Shown piece by piece: positions 52,553 to 64,000 of a stretch of DNA of 64,000 nt; position 1 is the stretch's first letter; each line of letters opens with the position of its first letter. Origin of the DNA: Chiloscyllium plagiosum (lineage: Eukaryota). Below the pieces are notes generated by a model that saw only the letters and a program-made list of their open reading frames with translations, did no database searches and was not told the DNA's origin. The stretch lies in the NCBI RefSeq assembly GCF_004010195.1, contig NC_057718.1:81229912-81293911 (forward strand). Direction: 5' to 3'. The position numbers were made by a program, and so were the translations under genes.

Positions 52553-52878
52553 CAGGTAGATCCTTTATCCGAAAATTTAAAAACTGAAAAGCTCTGAAAT
52601 CTGAAGTTTTTTTTTGTGAATTTTTTTCTTATTAACAAGGTTGTTTGGCGAGCAAACAGTTAACCCAAGTCGACACCCACTTGATGCATGTCACTCATGT
52701 GATGTGGGGGGGGGGGAAGTGGGCTGTGTGGCCAAGCACATTCTTAGTTAGAAATGTGCTTCTCCGGTAATATTTTTAAAAATTTCACCATTAAACTGTC
52801 ACATTCTGAAAACCAAAAAATTCCGAATTCCGAAAAACAGCTGGTCCCCAGCATTTCAGAGAAAGGAGCTTGCAGCTG
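52553..52878. mobile_element. Tigger/pogo-like MITE (MER46-like)
   Basis: Imperfect TIRs CAGGTAGATCCTTTATCCGAAA and TTTCAGAGAAAGGAGCTTGCAGCTG followed by TA. Inserted within the CR1 FDKVPH codons. Confidence 0.7.
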
Positions 52879-53587
52879 TATCCCACAAAATGTCAAGTCA
52901 TAAGATAAGAGCCCATGGTGCTGACGATAGTATGTTGGCAAGAAACAGCATGTGGAGATGAAAGGGTTCTTTTTCAGTTTGGTGACCTGTGACCAGTGGG
53001 ATATCACAGCAATTAGTGCTGAGATTGCAACTCTTTACAACGTTTATTAGTTACTTGGGAAAAAGGAAGCGAATGTACTATAGCCAAATTTGCAAATGAC
53101 ACAAAATAGGTTAAAGATAGGTTGCGAGAAGAATACAAACAATTTACAGAGAGATATTAATAGTAAGCAGGCAGAAAGTTGGCAATTGGAGTATAATGTG
53201 GGAAAATGTGAAATTGTTCATTTTGGAAGGGAGAACAGAAGAATAGCATAATATTTGAATGGAGAAAAGTTACACAAAGCTGAAACATTAAAGGAACTTC
53301 AGGGTACTTGTGCACTAAAGATAGCACTAGCGCACAAGTGCAGTAAGTAATCAGGAGGGTCAATTGAATGTTGGCCCTTATTTTAAGAGTGTTGGAGAAT
53401 ATGAGTAGGGAAGTCTTATTGAATCTGTGCAAAGTGCTGGAGAAACTACATCAGATGTATTGAGAGCCGTTTTGACCCCATTGAAGAAAGCATATCATTT
53501 CATTGGGACAGTTCAGAGAATGTTCACTGGGTTGGTCCTTGGTATGGAGAGATTGCTTTCTGACCAAAGGGGCCAAACAATTTAGGA

Positions 53588-56500
53588 GGATTCTGGGTAA
53601 TCCAAGATAGAGGACGGGAAAAGTTTCTGGCTGTAACAGTTGCTCCTTTTTTTGAGGTATTTTAGGTGCTGGAGGTGATTTCCTCGAATTCCAGGAGCAG
53701 CAATTACTGTTTTATATGCTGTTGCATTGTTTTGGAACTTTGGAAAAAAAGAGTCAAAACAACAGCAGTTTTAAAAGGGAGAAGAACAGACAAAGGAAGC
53801 ACATGGTCAGGTGAGGTCAGTGCAGGAGAGAAAGAAAGAAAGAAACTGACACAGCCTTTGCTGTTTGAATTCGTGTATTGCTGGACATCAGAGTACATCT
53901 GGGAAAATTAACAAACAGTGAAATTCACAACTGATTTTGGAGGAACTGTTGGGTGAAGTTCACAACACAGAAGCAGATTAGTGTATTGTTGTTTTAAGTG
54001 TGACCTACAGAAAGTTTGTAGTAGAGTAGAGTGTGTTCTTTCTTGATTGTATGTTTTTGGAGATATGTGTCTTGATTAAACTTAAAATATAAGCCATAAC
54101 TATTCATTTAACCTGGTGCAGTGTTTGTAGAGGAATAAGCCGATGTTATTTTCTGGGTCTGTAGATTGTGAAGAAGCAAAAATGGCCTTTAGTAGAGTGA
54201 TATGTACTTGTCTGATGTGGGAGTTAAAGAGAGTTTAAGGGTTACTGCGGATTATATCTGCCATAAATGCTGTTGGTTGCCAATCTTATCAGATCGAATG
54301 GATCATTGGAGAGACAGTTAGAAACAATGAGGAATTTGCAACAGCAACAGTATTTGATGGATGGCAGTTATAGGAAGGGGGGGAAGGTCTCAGATACAGT
54401 CACATAGATGGGTTAACTCCAGGAAGGGTAAGAGAGGTAGGCAGCTAGTGCAGGAGTCTTTTGTGGCTATACCAATTTCAAACAAGTATGTTGTTTTGGA
54501 AAATGTAGGGGATGATGGATTCTCAGGGGAGCGTAGCACGAACAGCCAAGTTTCTGGTATTGAGACTGGCTTTAATGCAACGAGGGGTACGTTGAGTTCC
54601 AAGAGGTCAGTTGTGTTAGGGGATTCTCTAATCTGAGGTATAGACGGACGTTTCTGTGGCCAGCAGCGAAAAAGTATAATGGTGTGTAGCTTCCCTGGTG
54701 CCAGGATCAAGGATGTCTCAGAGAGGGTGCAGAATGTTCTTACAGGGGAGAGGAGCCAGCAAGAGGTCATTGTCCACATTGGAACCAACGACATAGGAAG
54801 GAAAAAGGTTGAGAGTCTGAAGGGAGATTACAGAGAGTTAGGCAGGAATTTAAAAAAGGAGGTCCTCGAGAGTAGTAATGTCTGGATTACTCCCAGTGCT
54901 ACGAACTATTGAGGGCAGGAATAGGAGGATCGAGCAGATGAATGCATGGCTGAGGAGCTGGTATCTGGGAGAAGGATTCACATTTTTGGATTAATGAATC
55001 TCTTTTGGGGTAGAAGTGACCTGTACAAGAAGGACGGATTGCACCTAAATTGGAAGGGGACTAATATACTGGCAGGGACATTAGCTAGAGCTGTTCGGGA
55101 GGATTTAAACTAGTAAGGTGGGGGGAGGGGGGTTTGGTGGTGGGACCCAGGGAGATTGTGAGGAAAGAAATCAATCTGAGACCGGTACAATTGAGAACAG
55201 AAGTGAGTCAAACAGTCAGGGCAAGCAGGGACAAGGTAGGACTAATAAATTATACTGCATTTATTTCAATGCAAGGGGTCAAACAGGGAAGGCAGATGAA
55301 CCCATGACACAGTTAGGAACATGGACTGGGATATCATAGCAATTACAGAAACATGGCTCAGGGATGGGCAGGACTGACAGCTTAATGTTCCAGGATACAA
55401 ATGCTCCAGGAAGGGTAGAAAGGGAGGCAAGAGAGGAGAGGGAGTGGCATTTTTGGTAAGGGATAGCGTTGCAGCTATGTTGAAGGAGGATATTCCTGAA
55501 AATACATCCAGGGAAGTTATTTGGATGCAGCTGAGAAATAAGAAAGGGATGATCACCTTATTGGGATTGTATTATAGACCCCCCAATAGTCAGAGGGAAA
55601 TTGAGAATAATAGGGTGATTATGGTAGGGGATTTTAACTTTCCAAACATAGACTGGGACTGCCATAGTGTTAAGTGTTTAGATGGAGAGGAATTTGTCAA
55701 GTGTGTACAAGAAAATTTTCTGATTCAGTATGTGGATGTACCTACAAGAGAAGGTGATAACTTGACCTACTTGGGCAGGTAACTGAGGTGTCAGTTGGGG
55801 AGCACTTTGGGGCCAGCGACCATAATTCTATTCGGTTTAAAATAGCGATGGAAAAGGTTGTTTTTCAGACTGGAGGCCTGTGACCAGTGGGGTGCCACAA
55901 GGATCGGTGCTGGGTCCTCTACGTTTTGTCATTTATATAAATGATTTGGATGCGAGCATAAGAGGTACAGTTAATAAGTTTGCAGATGATACCAAAATTG
56001 GAGGTGTAGTGGACAGCGAAGAGGGTTACCTAGTATTACAAAAGGTTCTTGACCAGATGGGCCAATGGGCTGAGAAATGGCAGATGGAGTTTAATTCGGT
56101 TAAATGCGAGGTGCTGCATTTTGGGAAAGCAAGTCTTAGCAGGACATATACACTTAATGGTAAGGTCCTAGGAAGTGTTGCTGAACAAAGAGTGCAGGTT
56201 CATAGCTCCTTGAAAGTGGAGTCGCAGGTAGATAAGATAGTGAAGAAGGTGTTTGGTATGCTTTCCTTTATTGGTCAGAGTATTGAGTACAGGAGTTGGG
56301 AGGTCATGTTGCGACTTTACAGGACATTGGTTAGGCCACTGTTGCAATATTGCGTACAATTCTGGTCTCCTTCTTATTGGAAAGATGTTGTGAAACTTGA
56401 AAGGGTTCGAAAAGATTTACAAGGATGTTGCCAAGGTTGGAGGATCTGAGCTACAGGGAGAGGCTGAACAGGCTGGGGCTGTTTTCCCTGGAGCGTTGGA

Positions 56501-56873
56501 GGTTTAGGGGTGACCTTATAGAGGTTTACAAAATTGAGGGGCATGGATAGGGTAAATAGACAAAGTCTTTTCCCTGGGGTCGGGGAATCCAGAACTAGAG
56601 TGCACAGGTTTAGGGTGAGCGGGGAAAGATATAAAACAGACCTAAGGGGCAACTTTTTCACGCAGAGGGTGGTACGTTTATGGAATGAGCTGCCAGAGGA
56701 AATGGTGAATGCTGGTACAATTGCAATATTTAAAAGGCATTTGAATGGGTATATGAATAGGAAGGGTTTGGAGGGATATGGGCCAGGTGCTGGCAGGTGG
56801 GATGAGATTGGGTTGGGATGTCTGTTCAGCATGGACAGGGTCTGTTTCCGAGCTGTATATCTCTCTGACTCTA
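53588..56873 (+). mobile_element. Younger CR1 LINE, 5'-complete, with ORF1 (Zn finger + SGNH esterase) and an internally deleted ORF2
   Basis: 5' UTR, ORF1 from 54181 (MAFSRVICTCLMWE; VVLGDSL; VIVHIGTND), APE endonuclease (IAITETWL, YYRPP, GDFNFP, SDHN), RT (GVPQGSVLGP, YINDLD, KFADDTK) and a GACTCTA tail. Confidence 0.95.
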
Positions 56874-58170
56874 TTCATTAAAATTTAGAAGAATGAGAGG
56901 TGACTTCATTGACACATATTGAATTTAGGGGATTTGCAAGGGTAAATTCTGAGAAAGTGTTTCCCTTCATGGGAGAGTCTAAGACCAGAGGGCATTGTCT
57001 CATAATGAAGGGATGGCAACTTAAGACTGATGAAGAGTTTCTTCTGAGTGGTGAAAATTTTTGGAACTCCTTACCACAGAGAACTCTGGGGACAGAGAGC
57101 TTGTGTATCTTTAAGGCTAAGATATATTCCTGATCAGTCGGGGAATCGAGGGTTATAGGAAAAGGGCAAGAAAATGGCCATGAGGAATTTTTGATAAGCC
57201 AAGATCCTATTGAATGGTGGACCAAGCTTGAGTGGCTGAATGATCTACTGCTATTTTATGGTCTTAAACATTAGCTGTTGATGCTTTATTGCATCATAAC
57301 AGTCCCCAGGTGACATGATGCATGAAGACCCAGGTCCTGGCCAAATTTTGGGAGCAGGTCATTTGCAGACATAAAACTTGTAATGATGCATCATTAATAC
57401 TTGTACTAATTTGCTGGAAGGAAATCCATGATTGGATAGGCAGAAAAGATGTCCAAAAGAACACAGTCAAATGCATATGTTCCTTCTTTCTGCCTACAGT
57501 GAAGGTGTTGTTATTATTAAGGTACCTAATCTATATTCCATATTTTGTCTGTAAAAGATTAGGGCTCCAACCGGTTTAAAGATTATGTAATCCTGCCTTC
57601 AAATCTGACAAAACTTCCATAGACTTGTTGCCAGCTGCACAAGATCCCCATGGTGAAAGTTATTTCACACCTGATAAAAACATTGATTTTGAAAAGGTGC
57701 CTTTGACTGTTGTTAATTGGAAGAAACAAATTTAGTAATCTTTGCTCTTGAATCTGACTTGAGATGAAGGGCTGATTCTCTCCAGCGGTGAAGGTCTACA
57801 TAACTGAGCTCCATCCAAATAAATGGACAGTTCTGTTGCTTCAATTTGCTTTGCTGTAATATTGTGGCTGTCTAAATCAGATGACCAGGTAGCAAAAGTT
57901 ATTGCATATTCATGATTTTGATCAGAGATTCTGAACTATTTTCTGCTGCACCCTCATTTTTATACTCTTATTAAGCATGACCACTAGCATGACCCCAACA
58001 TCAGTGAAAACAAAACAGCAACAAAGTGACTTAACATTCTGTTCATAATTGTTAAACTTCATGTGTTATAGGTTAACATATGAAAATTGCATGAATATTA
58101 CAGTCTGAATTTTCAAAATAATTTGTAACCAAGTTATTATATATACTTGTGCCTAGGTTTTTTTCCCTTG

Positions 58171-58420
58171 GTTGATTTGATTTATTGCGGTCACATGTAT
58201 CTAAGGACAGTGAAAAGCTTTGCTTTTTGAACAGTACGGGCAGATCATCACAAATAAGGGCATACAGATCATAGGATGCTTAGACAGAGCAAGGCATACA
58301 GGTTACAACTGCACAGGAGATGCGCACAGCAAGATTAACATTATTTGAATTTAGAGAGTCCGTTCTAAAGAACTGTTCCTAACCTGTTGATGCAATTCAA
58401 TCTTCTGTATCTTCTACCTG
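58171..58420 (-). mobile_element. Rex1/Babar 3' fragment
   Basis: Homologous to 10668-10940. Confidence 0.8.
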
Positions 58421-59014
58421 TAACAGGAAACTCAAAGGAACTCTTCTTCAACTCCAACACACATTGCCATCAGTCCATCTCCCCACCTTCACACACACAC
58501 ACACCACTTCCCAAACCCCTCCCTCACTACTCATGCACACATTCAGCAGCAAACCCCTCCCCACTCTCTTGCTCACTCAGCAGTAGCCCCTGTTCCACAC
58601 CTCCCTCTTTGCTCCTCACTCAGCAGCAACACTTGCTAACTTCCCACCCCCATATTTGATCAGTAGCCCTTCTTCCCAAGCCCCTCAACCTCCACTCACG
58701 CAGTAGCCTCTCTTCACAATTGCAACCTTCCCCTAATGCCCACATGCTCCAGACTCTGCTTTATTTCTTTTGGTCTAGTTTGTGATACTAGTGAAGGAAA
58801 GTCACTACTCTGCGATAAGGCACCTCTCCAGCAGGTAGTAAGGGGCAGGAACACAAAAAAATCGTAAAGCTTTCATTCTGCTTACTGACATTTTGCATTA
58901 CTTTCCAGTTCTTCCTGCACTCAATGACTGAATTACACCTGCTGGCTTCTGTTTGCATCACATACACAGCTTCACATCAATAGGTCCAGGCTTTCACAGC
59001 AGAAGCTCTGGATA

Positions 59015-59325
59015 GGGGCAGCACGGTGGCTCAGTGGTTAGCTCTGCTGCCTCTCAGCACCAGGGACTCAGATTCAGTTCCAGCCTTGGGTGACTGTCTG
59101 TGTGGAGTTTGCACATTCTCCCCATGTTTGTGTGGGTTTCCTTCAGGTGCTCTGGTTTCCTCCCACAGTCCAAAGATATGCAGGTCAGGTGAATTGGTCA
59201 TGCTAAATTGTCCATGGTGTTAGGTGCATTAGTCAGAGGGAAATGGGTGGGTTACTCTTTAGAGGATCAGTGTGGACTTGATGGGCCAAAGGGCCTGTTT
59301 TCACATTGTAGGTAATCTAACCTAA
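59015..59325 (+). mobile_element. V-SINE (HE1-like)
   Basis: A box TGGCTCAGTGG at 59027-59037, V-domain and CR1-like tail. Confidence 0.9.
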
Positions 59326-59898
59326 AAAGAAAAGTGAACAAATATATTCTAGTTTATTTTTCTAATGAAATTGGTAAATTCATGTGAAAGTTAGGCTGAT
59401 AATGTCAATAATATATAAATAAATCCATTAACTTGCCTTTATTCTAACTCATCTGCATAGCTAATGTAAAGGGTGAGCATCAAGCATTCCAAACCAACAT
59501 CTACTATGTAAAATATTTCCATTTCACCATTTATTTAACATTTTATTTGAAGTGAAAATTGAGTGCAAGTGGGAGGCTATGTTTCTCACCCAATGCTCCA
59601 CTTTTATTCCTCCAAAGATGAGCACATGTTTAACACAAATGAAATACGTACTAACCATGATGAGGTTCAGACTTCAGTTATTTAATGTGACACTGAAAGG
59701 AGCAATGGGTGGTTATGTGTATTTGCTAAATTAAGAAATCCTTTGATTGAGAAAAGGTGGTATCACTGATATTTATTTTTCTGGGGAGGTGGAAATTGTG
59801 CAAACTTTCAAGAATGGGAAATAAATCCTGGCCAATCCTTGTTTTAGATGAACTAAGTCAAACGTTAAATAATGGAATAACTCCAATACACTATCACA

Positions 59899-60160
59899 TT
59901 GTTGTGGTTCTGTTCGCCGAGCTGGGAATTTGTGTTGCAGACATTTCGTCCCCTATCTAGGTGACATCCTCAGTGCTTGGGAGCCTCCTGTGAAGCGCTT
60001 CTGTGCTGTTTGTGATCACAGAAGCGCATCACAGGAGGCTCCCAAGCACTGAAGATGTCACCTAGACAGGGGACGAAACGTCTGCAACACAAATTCCCAG
60101 CCCGACGAACAGAACCCAACAACGAGCACCCGAGCTACAAATCTTCTCCCAAACTTTGAA
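59899..60160. mobile_element. PLE family C fold-back element (~106-bp inverted arms, 11-nt loop, 38-nt tail)
   Basis: Arms 59899-60005 and 60017-60122 are near-perfect complements. The unpaired tail is 60123-60160. Confidence 0.9.
60046..60085 (+). ncRNA. Minimal type-I hammerhead ribozyme
   Basis: GCA-CUGAAGA-U-GUCACC-UAGACA-GGGGAC-GAA-ACGU-C-UGC: stem I GCA/UGC, palindromic ACGU, GUC triplet. The mirror copy on the minus strand (59937-59976) reads GAAAUGUC. Confidence 0.85.
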
Positions 60161-61289
60161 CTGTATCACTTTAGAAACACTCTGGACAGGCAGAGTGCAT
60201 TAATTGCACTAAAGGAAGGAAATGAAGCAGAGCACTTGCTCTGTGGGGTGCATTGAGACAACAGGTCAGTGTTGCCTTGTTCCAATTTTTCTTTCAAATG
60301 CCTGTTATTTTTGTCAGTGTCCAAAAGCCCAAAGTTCTGCAAGATATACTTTCTATAATAATATGGATTCTATTGACAAAAAGTTAAAGGTATAATAATT
60401 GCAGGTGATAGTATCTTGAGCAAACCTTGAGCAGGAATTTGTTCATTTTAATTCATTGTTCATGACTTTTTGATTATTTTTCTAATCAACCTGTTCAGAG
60501 ATGTTATTACATACATCTGGAGCAAGGTGGGACATGAACCCAGGCCTCCCAGTCCAAGGCTAGGGACATTACCACTGCATCACAAAAGCAACAACTTAAA
60601 CCTGCCGTTGTTCCATAATTAAATAGTTACCGTGTAGAATTAACAATAAAGGGCCATGCTTCCAATAAGAAAAAATTGTTTTGTCGCTTTTGGTGATAAA
60701 GAGCTTCTTTATATCATAGTTTCTGTACAAACGGTTTGCCTCGTTCTCTCTGTTTTTGCATATGCTTCTTAATTAATGCTTTCCTAATCCTGATCTTCAA
60801 AAGGTTTTGCTTCCATTTAAATTGATGAAAATATTAGGAGGACTTGCAGTCCCAAGCACACACACTTCTTGATATTTATAGTGAGGAAAGGAAAGTTTGG
60901 GGAGCACAGTGTTGTGAGAAAAACTTTGTAAGGTTGGGAATGCAGAGGCCTTCCAAACTTAAAAACCATTTTTTTCCTTGAGTTTGTTACCAAACAATTG
61001 ATCAAATTAACAGACTGGCCAGCAGCAGGAGGCCATGACTGGCGAACCTTAAATGTCTTCTGCAATCAGGAGGGAAAAGGAAGTAAGCAATTGGGCTGCC
61101 TCGAGTGATTATGGTCGGTGTAAGAGAAATTATTAAAGGGTGATCTTGGAGTCGACAGTAGTGAAAGATGGGAGATTACAACGTAGATCATAGGCAGAAG
61201 AGAGACGCTGTTTTGAGGAAGTAAAAGCTTGCTTGTGCCTTGGGGAGTACCAGCATCCACCACAAACTGATATCCCTGTACTCCCACAG

Positions 61290-61960
61290 GGTGACATAAT
61301 AGATCCCATAGTGCTATTTTGGAAAATAATTGAGGAGTTATTGTCAGTGTGCTGGCGAAGAGTTATTCCTTCGTTATAGAATCACAGAACTGATATAGCA
61401 TGAAAGGAGGACACTCAGTCCTGGCTCTCCAAGTTAGCAAATTCCCTCTTACCTTCTCCCCATAACCCTGCACATTCTTCCTTTTTAAAAAAGCAGTCGA
61501 TAATTTCCTAAAGCAATTCAATTGACTGTGCTTCCACCACTTTCTTAAGGCAGTACATTCCAGTCTTTAACTGTTTATTGCATAAAAATGTCTCTCCTAT
61601 GTTGCCTCTGCTTCTTTAATAAATTGCTTTAAAATTAGTGCTCGCTGATTTTTCTTATCCTTTTCCATACAGGAAGCATTTTCCCTCCTGGTTCTGTCCT
61701 GACCTCTCAAGACCTTGAAAATTGCATTCAAATCTCCTCTCCACGGACAACATACCTACCCATTCACTCTCCGCATTATTGAAGCTCCTCAACCCCAGAA
61801 CTGGTTTTCTAGTCATTATCACATTGCTGTTTGTGGGATCTTGCTGTATGCAAGTTAGCTGTTTCCTAAATTAGAATTGACTGAGCTTCAAAAGTAATTA
61901 ATTGCTGTGATTCACTCTGGGATATTGTGTGTTCTTAAAGAGTGCAGAAGAAAGGCAAGT
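61290..61960 (+). mobile_element. DeuSINE split by a minus-strand CR1 fragment (~61375-61805)
   Basis: AGATCCCATAGTGCTATTTTGGAA before the insert and GTCATTATCACATTGCTGTTTGTGGGATCTTGCTGT after it. Confidence 0.65.
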
Positions 61961-61998
61961 CTTATCTTTTTTTTTCCATAAGATGTACGAGCAGAATT

Positions 61999-62312
61999 GG
62001 GCAGCGCTTGCTGCCACCCAGAATCGATTCCAGTCTTGGGCAACTGTCTGTGTGGAGTTCACACATTCTCCCTGCATCAGCTTGTGTTTCCTCCAAGTAC
62101 TCTTGTTTCCTCTCCCATCTAAAGATGTGCATTTTAGATGGAGTGGCCATGCTAATTCACCCATAGTGTCCAGGGATGTGCAGGCTAGATGGATTAGCTA
62201 TGGGAAATGCAGGGTTACAGGGATAGGGGGTGATCTGGGTAGGATGCTCTTTGGAGGGATGGTGTGCACTCGATGGGCTGAATGACCTGCCTCTGCACTG
62301 TGTGGATTTGAT
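61999..62312 (+). mobile_element. V-SINE (HE1-like), older copy
   Basis: V-domain CTGTGTGGAGTTCACACATTCTCCC with a CR1-like tail. Confidence 0.8.
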
Positions 62313-62344
62313 CATTCTGTCTTCCTGGAACCAAACAACATCCT

Positions 62345-63680
62345 TCTCACTGTCAAGAGGAGGCCATTCAGCCCACTGAGTCTGCTCCATCACTCAATGA
62401 GATTATGGTTGATTTGATAATCCTCAACTCCACTTTGTTCCCTTTTCTCGAGAGCTTTTGATGCTCTTACTGATTGAAAAATCTATGTTATCTCAGCCCT
62501 GAATGTAGTTATTGATGCAGCCTCAACATTGTATCAGTGGCAAAGAATTCACCACTTGTCACAATCTTCGAGAAGAATTCCTGTTCATTTCTGTCTTAAA
62601 TGTACAACCCTATATTCTGAGATTATACCCTCTGGTCTCAGGTTCTTCCCACAAGGGGAAGCAACCTTCCTGCATCTCCTTTATCAATCCTCTCAGAATT
62701 CTGTTTCAATAAGATCACCTTCCTTTCTTCTAAACTTCACGAGTACAATACCAACCTATTCAATCTCACCTCATAAGGCAGTTCTGCCATTCCTTGCATC
62801 AGTGAACTGACCCTTCTCTGGATTCCTCCAATACCGGTGTATCTTTCCTGAAATAAGGGGTCTAAAGTATTCCGACTGTGGTCTGACTAAAACCTCGCAA
62901 CTTTCACACTTTGAAATAATGGCTGACGTTTCATTTGCCTACACTATTACCTACAGATTGCTTTTTGTGATTCATGCATAAGGATTCCCAAGTCCCTCTG
63001 TTCTGTAGCTTTCTGTAGTCTTTCGCCATTTAAATAACATTTCGCTCTTCTGTTCTCGTGTTTTCCGCAAGTTGGATTCCATTTGTCAAGTTTTTGCCCA
63101 CTCATTTAACCTATCTATATCCCTCTCCACATTCTGTGACATCCTCATCACTTGCCTTCCAAACTATTTTTGTATCATCTGTAAATTTGGCCATATTTTG
63201 CTCACTTTCCTCATCCAAGTCATTAATATATATTCTGCATAATATGTATTGTGCATTCAACACTGTGGTACTCTGCTGACTATAGATTGTCATCTTGAAA
63301 ATGTCCCTTATCCCAAATCTGTTTTCTATTAGTTAGCCATGCTAATGTACTATTTCGAACACCATGGGCTTCAAATTCCTTGTGAAAATCCAAATGTTCC
63401 CTTCATTTATCCTGCTTGTTACCTTCTCTAAAAATTCTAGTAAATTTGTCGGGCATGATTTTCACATCAAGAAGCCATGCTGACTCTGCTTGATCATATT
63501 AAATATTTCTAAATGCTCATCCTTTATAATAAACTCCAACATTTTCCCAATAACATATGTTAAGCTAACTGGCCCATAGTTAACTCTCTCTTTTTTGTTT
63601 TTTTTAAACAAAGGTATTACATTGGCAATTTGCCAACCCTTTTTCCAGAATCGGAGGATTACTGGAAGATTACTACTAAC
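62345..63680 (-). mobile_element. CR1 ORF2 3' half, decayed
   Basis: IYINDLDEE...AKFTDDTKI, with the 3' tail at ~62360-62440. Confidence 0.85.
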
Positions 63681-64000
63681 AATAGAAGTTGCATATCTGC
63701 GTCAATTCTATTTGTTTCTACATGAATGCCGAAGGACATAATAGGCTGAAAAAGGCATTGAACCAACTGAAACATAGCTGTCACTTGTTTGCATGCAGTG
63801 GAATGATTGCCTTTTTTTTGAAGTTAAATTTTGCCAAATTTTTCTTAAATATCACACTGCTGTCACAAACAGAACAATGAGACAATTATATCAACAATGA
63901 TTGTGAACAGTACTATAAGTACAGTAATTGTAAAAAGTATTATAAGTATTGTTTTTGTTTTGCCGGCTGCTCATTTTTGATGTCTGTTCGTAAACAAGTA

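Larger units (their letters stand above)
51720..57265 (+). mobile_element. Old CR1 ORF2 fragment (51720-53587 and 56874-57265) hosting two later insertions
   Basis: NYRPISLTSIVGKVLETII and AKFANDTK. The sequence resumes after the younger CR1 with RRMRGDFI...WNSLPQ. Confidence 0.85.

Noticed and set aside
55880..56449. 189-aa reverse transcriptase ORF as a functional gene
   Set aside because: It is part of a frameshifted, internally deleted CR1 ORF2.
57500..57521. 22-nt micro-exon candidate
   Set aside because: The donor (gtacct) is weak and the segment is too short to distinguish from chance.
59015..59090. tRNA gene-like sequence (also at 30724, 17330 and 11983)
   Set aside because: These are SINE heads continuous with the V-domain and LINE tail, not complete cloverleafs.
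59899..60122. Pre-miRNA or DNA-transposon MITE interpretation of the hairpin
   Set aside because: The one-sided tail and hammerhead core fit a Penelope terminus better.

Overview
Eukaryotic, repeat-dominated, apparently intronic or intergenic DNA. The repeat repertoire (CR1 LINEs with esterase ORF1, HE1-type V-SINEs, DeuSINEs, Rex1/Babar, RTE-X, L2, L1, Gypsy, hAT, Harbinger, Penelope-like elements) points to a cartilaginous fish, most likely a shark. That assignment is an inference. I recognised no intact host gene, rRNA, tRNA gene or CRISPR array. Nearly all ORFs in the track are decayed transposon fragments or noise. The most notable signal is a set of three Penelope-like (PLE) families present as fold-back (inverted) insertions. 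These range from a ~4.4 kb RT + GIY-YIG copy down to 110-470 bp non-coding hairpins. Their termini carry minimal type-I hammerhead ribozyme cores (CUGANGA / stem II / GAA + palindromic AGCU or ACGU), a tail on one side only, and target-site duplications. Other items: two solo LTRs with 4-bp TSDs, an intron-containing Harbinger Myb/SANT gene remnant, a young 149-bp local duplication, an unclassified polyadenylated insert with an internal repeated motif, and a 5'-complete but internally deleted CR1. Family names come from motif recognition only, and boundaries of old repeats are approximate.
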